Shown: positions 50,799 through 60,275 of the stretch, piece after piece
Layout: each line of letters starts with the position of its first letter
Numbering within the stretch: the first letter of the stretch is position 1
From: Betaproteobacteria bacterium
GTDB lineage: Bacteria; Pseudomonadota; Gammaproteobacteria; Burkholderiales; CAIKXV01
Assembly (NCBI GenBank): GCA_021298815.1
Contig: JAJTHE010000036.1
Location: 37,383 to 101,382 of the forward strand
Reading direction: 5' to 3'
Length of the DNA: 64,000 nucleotides
Translations under genes and position numbers: made by a program
Notes under the pieces: model-generated
What the model saw: the letters and a program-made list of their open reading frames with translations, nothing else
What the model was told of the DNA's origin: nothing
The model's database searches: none

Positions 50799-51407
50799 AT
50801 GAACGGTACGAAGCTCGCCGTGGTTTCCGCCGTTCTGCTCGGCTCCATGGCGGGTGCCGGGGCCCGCGCGGCGACGGTCGTGGTCGATTTCGATTCGGCC
50901 GTGTCGCCCGTCCTGTCCTCCGCGGATTATCGGGAGGACGGATTCCTGATGCAAAGCCTGTCCGGTCACTACGATTTCCTGCCGCCCGGCCTGAACCCGT
51001 TCACCACGCGCTATCTCAGCCTGGACATCCGGCCCCAGGTGGGCGAGACGGTCAGCGCGGTCCGCTTCAGCTTCACCGGTGGCCGGTTCGATCTTCGTTC
51101 GATCGATGTGAGCGACGCCACGAGCCCGGGGTTCGGCACGCAGGAGATCACGTCCTCGGCAGGAGGGCAGCGATACCTCGATTCCGCCGGCACCGAGACG
51201 TTCTCGGGGCTGCCCTGGAGCAATCTCGACTGGATCGTCCTGTCCGGATCGGTGCCCATCCTGGGTCCCGGTTTCGACAATCTCGTGTTCCAGGCCGTGG
51301 TGCCGGTGCCCGCCGCCGGGCTGCTGCTCGCTTCGGGGCTGGCCGGCCTGTGCGGAGCGGCGGGACGGCGGCGCCGTCCGATCCTCGCGAATCGGACGGC
51401 GCGGTGA
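50799..51407 (+). CDS. PEP-CTERM/VPLPA-CTERM sorting-domain surface protein
   Basis: Signal peptide; C-terminal VPVPAAGLLLASGLAGL..AGRRRR. Confidence 0.85.
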   Translation: MNGTKLAVVSAVLLGSMAGAGARAATVVVDFDSAVSPVLSSADYREDGFLMQSLSGHYDFLPPGLNPFTTRYLSLDIRPQVGETVSAVRFSFTGGRFDLRSIDVSDATSPGFGTQEITSSAGGQRYLDSAGTETFSGLPWSNLDWIVLSGSVPILGPGFDNLVFQAVVPVPAAGLLLASGLAGLCGAAGRRRRPILANRTAR

Positions 51408-51419
51408 GGCAGCGCGCCG

Positions 51420-52265
51420 CTAGCCAGCCTTGATCGCCACGACCCCGGCGCACACCACGCTCACCGATACGACCCGCACCCACCCGAAACGCTCGCGCAG
51501 CACCAGTGCGGCGATCACCAGGCCGAGGATCACCGACACTTCACGCAGCGCGGCGACCAGCGACACCGGTGCGTGCTTCATTGCCCACAGGGTGATGCCG
51601 TACGAGACCGCGGTGCAGGCGCCGCCGATGAGCGCGATCTTCCAGGTCGCGCGGGCGGTCGACCAGAGCAGCGCAGGCCCGCGGGTGGCGAGGCCGACGG
51701 CCAGCATGCCGGGCGCGATCAGCAGCAGCAGCCAGGCCAGGTAGGCCCCGGCATGGCCCGAGGCGCGGGCGCCGAGTGCATCGTTCAGCGTGTAGGCGAC
51801 GACCGTGGCGGCGACGACCAGCACGGCCGCGAGCGCACGGCGATCCATCGCGCCGCTGCGCGAGGACTCGGCCAGCAGCGCCATCACACCCGCGCTGACC
51901 AGGGCGATGCCAGCCAGCCCGAGCGGGCTCACCGCCTCGCCAAGCCAGGCGATCGCCAGCGCGGTGGTAGCCAGCGGCGGCAGGCCGCGCATCAGCGGAT
52001 AGGCCACGGACAGGTCGACCCGCGCATAGGCGAGGCCGACGAAGGAGAAGTAGAACAGGTGGATCAGCACCGACTGCCCGATGAATCGCCAGCTCTCAGG
52101 TGACGGGGCAGGCAGCAGCAGCACCGCCGGGATCGACCACGCCCCGGCGGCGCAGCAGACCAGCACGGTCAGGGCCAGCTTGTCGGCCGAGGCCTTGACC
52201 AGCGTGTTCCAGGTCGCATGCAGCAGCGCACCGAAAAGGACGGCAAGCGCGACTTCGGTGGGCAT
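51420..52265 (-). CDS. EamA/DMT family transporter
   Basis: ALLHATWNTLVK, DLSVAYPLMRG, VAALREVSV. Confidence 0.9.
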   Translation of the reverse strand: MPTEVALAVLFGALLHATWNTLVKASADKLALTVLVCCAAGAWSIPAVLLLPAPSPESWRFIGQSVLIHLFYFSFVGLAYARVDLSVAYPLMRGLPPLATTALAIAWLGEAVSPLGLAGIALVSAGVMALLAESSRSGAMDRRALAAVLVVAATVVAYTLNDALGARASGHAGAYLAWLLLLIAPGMLAVGLATRGPALLWSTARATWKIALIGGACTAVSYGITLWAMKHAPVSLVAALREVSVILGLVIAALVLRERFGWVRVVSVSVVCAGVVAIKAG

Positions 52266-52289
52266 CGGGGATGCGGGCGGCGGCGGCGC

Positions 52290-53024
52290 CTAGCGGTAGG
52301 GCACCAGTATCTCGTTGCGGCGCAGGAACGGGATCGACCACGGCGGGTTGTAGCGGGCGAGCTGCGGCGGCGCGGACGGCTCGAGCCCGCGCTCCTTCAT
52401 CCAGCCGAGCAGCAGGGCCGTCTCTTCCCGCACGCGGTTCTCGGTGACGAAGCCGGAAAAGGTGCGCGCGGCCACGCGCTGGGCGGGCACTTCGCGCAGC
52501 GTGACCGCCGGGTCCTCGGGTATCGGCAGCGTGGCCATCGTGTACTTCGACGGCATCACGAAGTGCATGCGCCAGCGCGCGCCTGCCTCGCCCGAGGCCG
52601 GCGCGGCCTCGGTAGTGACCGGTGCGGTCATCGCGATCTTCTCCGGTTGCATGGTCACCGGCACCGTCATCGCGATCTTCTCGCTGCCTTCCGCCGAGCG
52701 CGAGCGGTTGCGGCCGAAGATGTAGCCGGCGATCTTGCGGAAGCCGGCGTTCGACCCTTCGCCGAGCGCGCCCTCGACCCAGGTCTCGGCGACGATCATC
52801 GGTGGATACAGCCGCAGCTCGAACGCGCCGCTGCGGTCGATGCTCTCGAACTTCGGTTCTTCGGTGGCCATGGCGCTCGGGGAGAACAGGAGTGCGGACA
52901 GCATGCACAGGGTGAACAGGGCGGCGGCGAGCAACGCCGGCGAGGGTGGCGTCGCTGGCGCTGCCGGGGATGCTGGCATTGGCCGGGCGCGGGTGATTGC
53001 AGGGGAGGGCGGTCGCATGGGCAT
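52290..53024 (-). CDS. SOUL heme-binding family protein
   Basis: FELRLYP, GFRKIAGYIFG.N, IAMTAPV, FVMP, YNPPW..RRNE; start uncertain. Confidence 0.9.
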   Translation of the reverse strand: MPMRPPSPAITRARPMPASPAAPATPPSPALLAAALFTLCMLSALLFSPSAMATEEPKFESIDRSGAFELRLYPPMIVAETWVEGALGEGSNAGFRKIAGYIFGRNRSRSAEGSEKIAMTVPVTMQPEKIAMTAPVTTEAAPASGEAGARWRMHFVMPSKYTMATLPIPEDPAVTLREVPAQRVAARTFSGFVTENRVREETALLLGWMKERGLEPSAPPQLARYNPPWSIPFLRRNEILVPYR

Positions 53025-53112
53025 GGCAGTCTCTGGATGTGGCGTTCGGACCGGGTTGTGGACGCACCGACCGGGCGGCGTTAGTCTCCTGAAAAACCCT
53101 GGAGGAGGGAAG

Positions 53113-54177
53113 ATGGACCCGAAGAAAACAGCATCGGGGCCTGCACGGCGGCAGCCGCGCGTTCGCCTCGCGGCATCCGCCAGCGCAGCCTGCGCGACGT
53201 TCGCGGGCGTGGCCACGAGCGCGATGCTGGCCGCCGGCGGCCTGCTTGCCGCGGGCAGTGTACTGGCCGCGGATGCGCCGATGAGCCGGCCGTTGCGTGT
53301 CGTGGTGCCGTATCCGCCCGGCGGCACCTCGGATGCGCAGATCCGCATCATCGGGCCGAAGCTGAGCGAGGCGATCGGCCAGCCGGTGCTGGTCGACAAC
53401 CGTCCCGGCGCCTCGGGCATGCTCGGCGCCGAGATGGTGGCGCGTTCCAGCCCTGACGGGCACACGATGCTGATGACCGATGTCGGCAACCTGATCATGA
53501 CCGCCATCGTGCATCCGAATGCGCCCTACGTGGTCGCGCGCGACTTCGCGCCGGTGACGCTGGTGTCGTTCACGCCGCACCTGCTGGGCGTGTTCCCCGG
53601 CCTGCCGGTGCAGACCGTGGCCGACCTGGTCAAGCATGCCCGGGCGCATCCGGGCAAGCTCAACTTCGCCACCAGCCTCGGCGGGGCGACGCACTTCGCG
53701 GGCCTGCTGTTCGCCCAGCACCACGGGCTGCAGTGGGTCGAGATCCCGACCAAGGGTGGCACCGATTCGATCACCCAGGTGATGGGCGGGCAGTCCGACT
53801 TCGTGTTCAACAGCATGGTGTCGATGATGCCGCAGGGCAAGGCGGGCAAGCTGCGCATCCTTGCTGTGACCAGTCCGAAGCGCGTGCCGCAGTGGACGGA
53901 ACTGCCGACCATGGCCGAGGCCAGCGGTATCGCCGGCTTCAGCACTGGGTCGTGGCAGGGCATCGTGATGCCGGCCAAGGTCGCCCCGGCGGTCGCCGCG
54001 CGCGTCAATCGCGAGCTGGTGCGGGCACTGGGCATGCAGGACGTGCGCGATCGCTACTTTGCGCTCGGCACCGAGATCGTCGCCAACAGCCCGGCGGAGT
54101 TCGGCACCTGGCTGCGCGAAGAGCACGTGCGCTGGAGCGTGGTCGCGAAGAAGGCGAACCTGAAGATGTCGTTCTGA
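53113..54177 (+). CDS. Bug/TctC substrate-binding protein
   Basis: GGAGGAGG RBS; RVVVPYPPGGTSD, DNRPGASG. Confidence 0.92.
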   Translation: MDPKKTASGPARRQPRVRLAASASAACATFAGVATSAMLAAGGLLAAGSVLAADAPMSRPLRVVVPYPPGGTSDAQIRIIGPKLSEAIGQPVLVDNRPGASGMLGAEMVARSSPDGHTMLMTDVGNLIMTAIVHPNAPYVVARDFAPVTLVSFTPHLLGVFPGLPVQTVADLVKHARAHPGKLNFATSLGGATHFAGLLFAQHHGLQWVEIPTKGGTDSITQVMGGQSDFVFNSMVSMMPQGKAGKLRILAVTSPKRVPQWTELPTMAEASGIAGFSTGSWQGIVMPAKVAPAVAARVNRELVRALGMQDVRDRYFALGTEIVANSPAEFGTWLREEHVRWSVVAKKANLKMSF

Positions 54178-54187
54178 CGGAGGGGCG

Positions 54188-55162
54188 ATGGACCGACGGG
54201 TGCTGGAGCGGATGCTGGTGCTCGCGGCGGCGCTGCTGCCAGCGGGCGCCGCTGGCGAGGCGCTCGCGCAGGCGGGCTGGCCGTCGCGCCCGGTGCGCCT
54301 GCTGGTGCCGGCGCAGCCCGGCGGCAGCACCGACACGCTCGCGCGCATCGCCGGGCAGAAGCTCGGCGACGCGCTCGGGCAGCCGTTCGTGATCGACAAC
54401 CGCAGCGGCGCGGGCGGTACCGTGGCGGCCGAGACGCTGATGCGGTCGGCGCCGGATGGCCATACGCTGGGCGTCGCCTATACGGCGCTGACCGTCAACG
54501 CCGTGCTGCAGAAGGTGCCCTACGACACGCTGCGCGACTTCACGCCTATCTCGCTGATCTCGACCTCGCCGCTGGTACTGGTGGTGGGCGCGAATTCGCA
54601 GGTGCGCACGCTGAAGGACCTGATTCAGCTGGCGAAGGCGAAGCCGCTGTCCTACGGCAGCGCGGGGATCGGCAGCGGCGGCCATGTCTGCGGTGAACTG
54701 CTCAACGTGATGGCCGGCATCCGCACGGTGCACATCCCGTACAAGGGCGCGGGCCCGGCGTCGGCCGATGTCGCGGCCGGACAGATCGAGTTCCAGTTCG
54801 GCGCGCAGATCACCACCCAGGGACTGGTCAAGGCCGGACGGCTGCGCATGGTCGCGGTGACCGGCGCCAGGCGCGCGGCGACGCTGCCGGACGTGCCGAC
54901 GATGGCCGAGTCCGGCCTGCCCGGCTTCGAGTTCAACAACTGGTTCGGCGTGCTCGGCCCGGCTGGAATGCCCCCTGCCGTGGTGGCCCGCCTCAATGCC
55001 GAGATGCTGAAGATGATGGCCCTGCCTGACGTGCGCGAGCGCATCACCTTCGACGGCGGCGAACCCGCCGCCGGTCCGCCCGCCGAGTTCCGCGCCCTGC
55101 TCGCCAGCGACCTGTCCAAATGGGCCCGGATCGCCCGCGAACTGCGCATGCAGGCGAACTGA
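54188..55162 (+). CDS. Bug/TctC substrate-binding protein
   Basis: WPSRPVRLLVPAQPGGSTD, DNRSGAGG, HIPYKGA. Confidence 0.93.
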   Translation: MDRRVLERMLVLAAALLPAGAAGEALAQAGWPSRPVRLLVPAQPGGSTDTLARIAGQKLGDALGQPFVIDNRSGAGGTVAAETLMRSAPDGHTLGVAYTALTVNAVLQKVPYDTLRDFTPISLISTSPLVLVVGANSQVRTLKDLIQLAKAKPLSYGSAGIGSGGHVCGELLNVMAGIRTVHIPYKGAGPASADVAAGQIEFQFGAQITTQGLVKAGRLRMVAVTGARRAATLPDVPTMAESGLPGFEFNNWFGVLGPAGMPPAVVARLNAEMLKMMALPDVRERITFDGGEPAAGPPAEFRALLASDLSKWARIARELRMQAN

Positions 55163-55250
55163 AATCCGGGTCAGAGACGAATTTCCCCGAGGTGTCCTGA
55201 TCTGGTGAACGCAGCTCGCGGGGAAATTCGTCTCTGACCCGGATTTCAGT
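55158..55250. repeat. REP/REPIN-like long inverted repeat (32-bp perfect arms); probable bidirectional terminator
   Basis: ACTGAAATCCGGGTCAGAGACGAATTTCCCCG (55158-55189) is the reverse complement of 55219-55250; lies between convergent genes. Confidence 0.9.
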
Positions 55251-56235
55251 CGAGGCGGATGTTGGTGGCCTTGACGACCTTCGACCAGCGGTCGAGGTCG
55301 GTGCGGATGAACTGACCGAGTTGATCGGGGGTCATCGGCGTCGGGATCAGGCCCTGTGCCAGCAGCTTCTCGCGCACGTCGGGTGCGGCCAGTGCCCGGA
55401 TGGCCTCGCTGTTCAGGCGGGCGACGATCTCCTTCGGCGTGCCGCCAGGGGCCATCATCGGGTACCAGTTGAGGGCATCGAAGCCGGGCAGGCCGGTGGC
55501 GGCGATCACCGGTGCATCGGGCAGGGCTTCGTAGCGCGCCGTGCCGGACACGCCGATCACCTTGAGCTTGCCCGCCCTCACCAGCGGCAGCACCGAGGGA
55601 TCGGAGAAGGTGAGGTCGGCATGGCCGCCCATGATGTCGGCGATGGCCGGCGCCGTGCCCTTGTACGGAACGTGCACCGTCCGGATGCCGGCCATCACGT
55701 TGAACAGTTCGCCGGCGAGGTGCTGGCCGGTGCCGGCGCCCCCCGAAGCCATGTTCACCTTGCCGGGGTTGGCCTTTGCCCATGCGATCAGTTCGCGCGC
55801 GTTGCGCACCGGCATCGACGGATGCGCGACCACGATGAACGGCATCGTCACCAGCATCGTCACCGGTGCCAGGTCGCGCAGCGGGTCGTAGCCGAGCTTC
55901 GGGAACAGCAGTGGAGCGACCGCGACCGACCCCGGCCCGGCCACCAGCAGCAGGTGGCCGTCCGGCACGCCCTTCGCGACGAACTCGGCGCCGATGGTGC
56001 CCGCGGCACCCGCGCGGTTCTCGATCAGCACCGGCTGGCCGATGAGTTCGGCCATCTTCTGGCCCACCGTGCGCGCGGTGAGGTCGACGCCCCCGCCTGG
56101 CGGGAAGGGCACGACGATGCGGATCGGTTTCGACGGGAACGGCTGCGCGAAGGCAGCGCCGGCGGACACAACGGCGATCGCCGCTGCGGCCAGCGCAGGC
56201 AGCAGCGCGGTGCGGATGGAGCAGGCTCTGTCCAC
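55246..56235 (-). CDS. Bug/TctC substrate-binding protein
   Basis: FPSKPIRIVVPFPPGGGVD, ENRAGAAG, HVPYKGT. Confidence 0.93.
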   Translation of the reverse strand: MDRACSIRTALLPALAAAAIAVVSAGAAFAQPFPSKPIRIVVPFPPGGGVDLTARTVGQKMAELIGQPVLIENRAGAAGTIGAEFVAKGVPDGHLLLVAGPGSVAVAPLLFPKLGYDPLRDLAPVTMLVTMPFIVVAHPSMPVRNARELIAWAKANPGKVNMASGGAGTGQHLAGELFNVMAGIRTVHVPYKGTAPAIADIMGGHADLTFSDPSVLPLVRAGKLKVIGVSGTARYEALPDAPVIAATGLPGFDALNWYPMMAPGGTPKEIVARLNSEAIRALAAPDVREKLLAQGLIPTPMTPDQLGQFIRTDLDRWSKVVKATNIRLD

Positions 56236-56273
56236 GGTGACTACCTCGCGAGAACGGATACGCAGTATCGCAC

Positions 56274-56376
56274 CCGAGACCGAAATCCGGGGCAGAGACG
56301 ATTTGCCCCGAGGCGTCCGGCTCAGGTCGCCGCCCCTCCCCGGGAAAATCGTCTCTGACCCGGATTTCGGTCTCGG
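56274..56376. repeat. Second REP/REPIN-like inverted repeat of the same family
   Basis: CCGAGACCGAAATCCGGGGCAGAGACGATTT...AAATCGTCTCTGACCCGGATTTCGGTCTCGG; shares the GAAATCCGGG(T/G)CAGAGACGA core with 55158-55250. Confidence 0.88.
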
Positions 56377-56382
56377 CCTGGC

Positions 56383-58050
56383 CTACAGGCCGTAGAGCGC
56401 CTTCGCCTGTGCGGGCGTCACCAGGCCGTCGCGTACGTCACGTTCGACGAGCGCGTGCGGGCGCGCCTTCGGGTCGCCGATGCCGGCGCCGCCGGGTGTC
56501 TCGACCACCACCCGGTCGCCGGCTGGGATCGGCTGCCGGCCGAAGCCTCGCATCTTCGCACCTGACTTGAGCGACAGTCGGCCGGCGCCGCCATCGCCGC
56601 CCCCGCCGTTGCCGCGCGCCGGATGCACGATGCGGTCGAAGGTCGCGGAGATGATCATCGGCACGTCCTCGCCGCTGGAGATCTCCATCACCTGTCCGAG
56701 CCCGCCGCGATGCTCGCCCGCGCCGCCGGAATCGGGCCGGTACTCCTTCTTCCAGTAGACCACCGGCGACAGGGTCTCCATGATCTCGACCGCGACGTTG
56801 CGGATGCCGCTCGGAAACGAGGTGACCGACAGACCGTCTTTCCCCGGCCGCGCTCCCGTGCCGCCGGTGTTGAAGCCGACCACGTTGAACCGGGTCGCGC
56901 CGCGGATCTGCGCCGGCTCGATGCCCTTCATCACCTGCCCGCCAGCCAGGCGGATGTTCCACAGCGACGACGCACCCTCGGCCGGCACCCGGTCCACCCG
57001 CGCCTGGCGCAGGCAGCCGAACACCACGTCGGGCAGCATCTGGCCGATGGTAGAGCGCGCCGCCACCGCCAGCGGATGCGGCGCGTTGACGATCGACCCC
57101 TCGGGTGCGGTGATGCGGATCGCCGACAGCGAACCGGCATTGTTCGGGATGTGCGGCCCGATCACGCAGCGCACGCCGAACGATGCATAGGCATCGGTGT
57201 AGCTCTTCGGCACGTTGATGCCGTTGCCGACCACGTCGCTGCTGCCGGTGAAGTCGATGTCGATGCCGCGGTTCGACACGGTGAGCGTGCCCACCAGCAC
57301 CACCGGCGCGTCGTAGCCGTCGGTGGTCATCGAGTACGACCAGGTGCCCTTCGGCCACTCGCGCACTGCGGCCAGCATCGCCGCCTTCGAGCGCGAGATG
57401 ATGTGCTCGGACAGCGCCTCGATGTTCGACAGCCGGTACTCGTCCATCATCGCCAGCAGCCGCCGGCCGCCGATCTCGTTGCAGGCGATCAGCCCGTAGA
57501 TGTCGCCTTCGACCTGCACCGGCTCGCGCACGTTGGCGCGCACCACCTTCAGCATCGTCTCGTCGATGGTGCCCTTCGAGACCAGGCGGATGATCGGGAT
57601 GAACAGGCCTTCATGGTAGACCTGCGTGCCGTCGGCCGACAGCCCGATGCCGCCGATGTCGACCACGTGCACGGTGGATGCGAACAGCGCGACCATCCGG
57701 CGGCCCTTGAACACCGGGGTCACCATGGTCAGGTCGTTCAGGTGCCCGGTGCCCTTCCAAGGGTCGTTGGTGAGGAACACGTCGCCGGGGAACATGTCCT
57801 GCGGCGGGTACTCGTGCAGGAAGTGCTTCACCGATTCGGCCATCGAGTTCACATGGCCCGGCGTGCCGGTGACCGCCTGCGCGACCATCCGGCCATCGGG
57901 CAGGAACACGCCGGCCGAGAGGTCTCCGGCCTCGCGCGTCGCCGCGCCGAACGCGGTGCGGATCAGCGTCTGCGCCTGTTCCTCGACCACCGAGATCAAT
58001 CGGTTCCACATCACCTGCATCTGGATGTCGGCGAGCCTGGCCATCTTCAT
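56383..58050 (-). CDS. Hydantoinase B/oxoprolinase family protein
   Basis: REAGDLS, TNDPWKGTGHLND, HVVDIGG, DSGGAGEHRGGLG, ETPGGAGIGDP. Confidence 0.92.
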   Translation of the reverse strand: MKMARLADIQMQVMWNRLISVVEEQAQTLIRTAFGAATREAGDLSAGVFLPDGRMVAQAVTGTPGHVNSMAESVKHFLHEYPPQDMFPGDVFLTNDPWKGTGHLNDLTMVTPVFKGRRMVALFASTVHVVDIGGIGLSADGTQVYHEGLFIPIIRLVSKGTIDETMLKVVRANVREPVQVEGDIYGLIACNEIGGRRLLAMMDEYRLSNIEALSEHIISRSKAAMLAAVREWPKGTWSYSMTTDGYDAPVVLVGTLTVSNRGIDIDFTGSSDVVGNGINVPKSYTDAYASFGVRCVIGPHIPNNAGSLSAIRITAPEGSIVNAPHPLAVAARSTIGQMLPDVVFGCLRQARVDRVPAEGASSLWNIRLAGGQVMKGIEPAQIRGATRFNVVGFNTGGTGARPGKDGLSVTSFPSGIRNVAVEIMETLSPVVYWKKEYRPDSGGAGEHRGGLGQVMEISSGEDVPMIISATFDRIVHPARGNGGGGDGGAGRLSLKSGAKMRGFGRQPIPAGDRVVVETPGGAGIGDPKARPHALVERDVRDGLVTPAQAKALYGL

Positions 58051-60146
58051 TTCCTTCCCGCGCGGCGACGGTCGAGCACGATGTAGCCCAGCCCGTCGAT
58101 CGATGCATCGAAATCGGCGGTGACCACCACCGTCGTCTGGTCTTCCACGATCAGCGCCGGGCCGGGGAAGCGGGCGCCGCGCGCGAGCGACGCGCGCTCG
58201 TAGACCGGGATGTCGCGCCACTTCGCGAGCGTCGGTTCGAACACGCGCCGCCGTCCGCCGGGCTTCGCCGGCTTCTTCGGCAGCGCCGCCGCCTTCGCGG
58301 CGCGCTTTACCTTCGTCGACACGGTGACCGACCAGCTCATGATCTCGACCTGCATGTTCGGCACCGTGCGGCCGTACAGCGCGCGGTAGGCACCGTCGAA
58401 CAACCGCTCCAGCCGCGGCAGGTCCTTCGCGACCAGGCGCCCGGCGGGCAGCGTGACCGCGATCTCGTGGCCCTGGCCCGCGTAGCGCATGTAGGCGACC
58501 CGGTGCGCGGTCAGCACTGCTGCCGGGGCCGCCTCCTTCACCACCGCCGTGGCCTGCTTCGTCATCGCATCGATCAACCGGTTGGCCGCAGCCGTGTCGA
58601 GCGTGTGGATGCGCTGGTACCAGCTGCGCACCGCCTGGAAGGCCACCGGCGCGGTGAGGAAGCCCAGCGCCGAGCCGACGCTCGCGCCCACCGGCACCAC
58701 CACCCGCGACACGCCGAGCTTGTCGGCGAGCCTCGCGGCATGCAGCGGCGCCGCGCCGCCGAAGGCGATCACCGTGTAGTCCTCGACCGTCTTGCCCAGC
58801 TCCATCGCATGCACCCGCGCGGCGTTGGCCATGTTCTCGGTGACGATCTCGCCGATCGCCAGTGCACCGAGCGCGGTGTCCAGCGCCAGCGGCTTGGCGA
58901 CGTCGCGCTTCACCGCGGCTTCGGCGCGCGCCGTCTCGAGCACCACCCGTCCGCCTGCGAAACGGGCCGGATCGAGCAGGCCCATCGCGCAGTCGGCATC
59001 GGTCACCGTCGCATGCTCGCCGCCGCGCGCATAGCAGGCCGGGCCCGGTTCGGAGCCGGCGCTGTCCGGCCCGACCTGGATGCGCTCGAGGTCGTCCACG
59101 CGCGCGATCGAGCCGCCGCCGGCGCCGATCTCGACCATCTCGATCACCGGGATGCGGATCGGCAGGCCGCTGCCCTTCATGAAGCGGTACATGCGGCCGA
59201 ACTCGAAGCTGCGCGACACCTCGGGCGTGTAGTCGTCGATGAAGCAGATCTTCGCGGTGGTGCCGCCCATGTCGAACGACAGCGCGCGCGGCGCCCCGAT
59301 GCTCTCGGCCACCGTGCGCGCGAGGATCGCGCCGCCCGCGGGGCCCGACTCGACCAGCCGCACCGGCTCGGCCGCGCCCATCTCGAGCGTGCACAGCGCG
59401 CCGCCGGAGGTCATCAGGAACACCGGGCAGAGGATGTCCATCGACTTCAGCCGCAGCGCGAGCCGGTTCAGGTAACCGGCCATCACCGGCTGCACGTAGG
59501 CGTTGGCGCAGGTGGTGGAGATGCGCTCGTACTCGCGGATCTCCGGGCAGACGTCCGAGGACAGTGTCACCCAGAGCTCGGGCATCTCGCGCTTCAGGAT
59601 GTCGCGCACCCGCTGCTCGTGCGCCGGGTTCACGAAGCTCTGCAGGAAGGCGACCGCGACGCTCTGCACGCCCTCGTGGCGCAGCACCGGCACCAGCGCG
59701 CGTACCGCACGCTCGTCTAGTGGCAGCAGCACCCGGCCCTTCGCATCGGTGCGCTCCGGCACCGGCAGCCGCAGGTGGCGCGGCACCAGCTGCGCCGGCT
59801 TGTCGAGGAAGATATCGTACTGCGCGAAGCGATGCTCCCAGCCGATCTCGACCAGGTCGCGGAAGCCCTCGGTGGTCAGCAGCGCGGTCTTCGCGCCCTT
59901 GCGTTCGATCAGCGCGTTGGTGGCGAGCGTCGTGCCCAGGATGAACAGGCCCAGCGCCGAAGGCTGCAGGCCGGCCGAGGCGAGGATCTCGGTGACCGCC
60001 GTGACCACCGCCTCTTCCGGCGCGCGCGGCGTGGTCAGTACCTTGCCGGTCCAGCGGCGCCCGCGCGCTTCGAGCACCACGTCGGTGAAGGTGCCGCCGA
60101 TGTCGACGGCGAGCCGGGCGCCTCCGACGGTCTTTGCTGCGGGCAT
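58047..60146 (-). CDS. Hydantoinase A/oxoprolinase family protein (ATP-binding subunit)
   Basis: DIGGTFTD, GTTLATNALIE, ESGPAGG, DMGGTTA, GAGGGSIA, AFGGAAPLH. Confidence 0.93.
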   Translation of the reverse strand: MPAAKTVGGARLAVDIGGTFTDVVLEARGRRWTGKVLTTPRAPEEAVVTAVTEILASAGLQPSALGLFILGTTLATNALIERKGAKTALLTTEGFRDLVEIGWEHRFAQYDIFLDKPAQLVPRHLRLPVPERTDAKGRVLLPLDERAVRALVPVLRHEGVQSVAVAFLQSFVNPAHEQRVRDILKREMPELWVTLSSDVCPEIREYERISTTCANAYVQPVMAGYLNRLALRLKSMDILCPVFLMTSGGALCTLEMGAAEPVRLVESGPAGGAILARTVAESIGAPRALSFDMGGTTAKICFIDDYTPEVSRSFEFGRMYRFMKGSGLPIRIPVIEMVEIGAGGGSIARVDDLERIQVGPDSAGSEPGPACYARGGEHATVTDADCAMGLLDPARFAGGRVVLETARAEAAVKRDVAKPLALDTALGALAIGEIVTENMANAARVHAMELGKTVEDYTVIAFGGAAPLHAARLADKLGVSRVVVPVGASVGSALGFLTAPVAFQAVRSWYQRIHTLDTAAANRLIDAMTKQATAVVKEAAPAAVLTAHRVAYMRYAGQGHEIAVTLPAGRLVAKDLPRLERLFDGAYRALYGRTVPNMQVEIMSWSVTVSTKVKRAAKAAALPKKPAKPGGRRRVFEPTLAKWRDIPVYERASLARGARFPGPALIVEDQTTVVVTADFDASIDGLGYIVLDRRRAGRK

Positions 60147-60275
60147 GGTGGGCTTCCGGGATGTGATCACAGAACGAAGCCGCGATCCTAATGCGGTTCG
60201 GCCGGGAAGGGAAACGGCACCGGTCCCCGCCGGATGATCCGCGCTAGACTTGTCGAAATACGGCAGGGTGGCGCG

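Noticed and set aside
52610..52690. Internal duplication EKIAMTVPVT / EKIAMTAPVT in the SOUL protein
   Set aside because: This repeat is common in bacterial SOUL heme-binding proteins.
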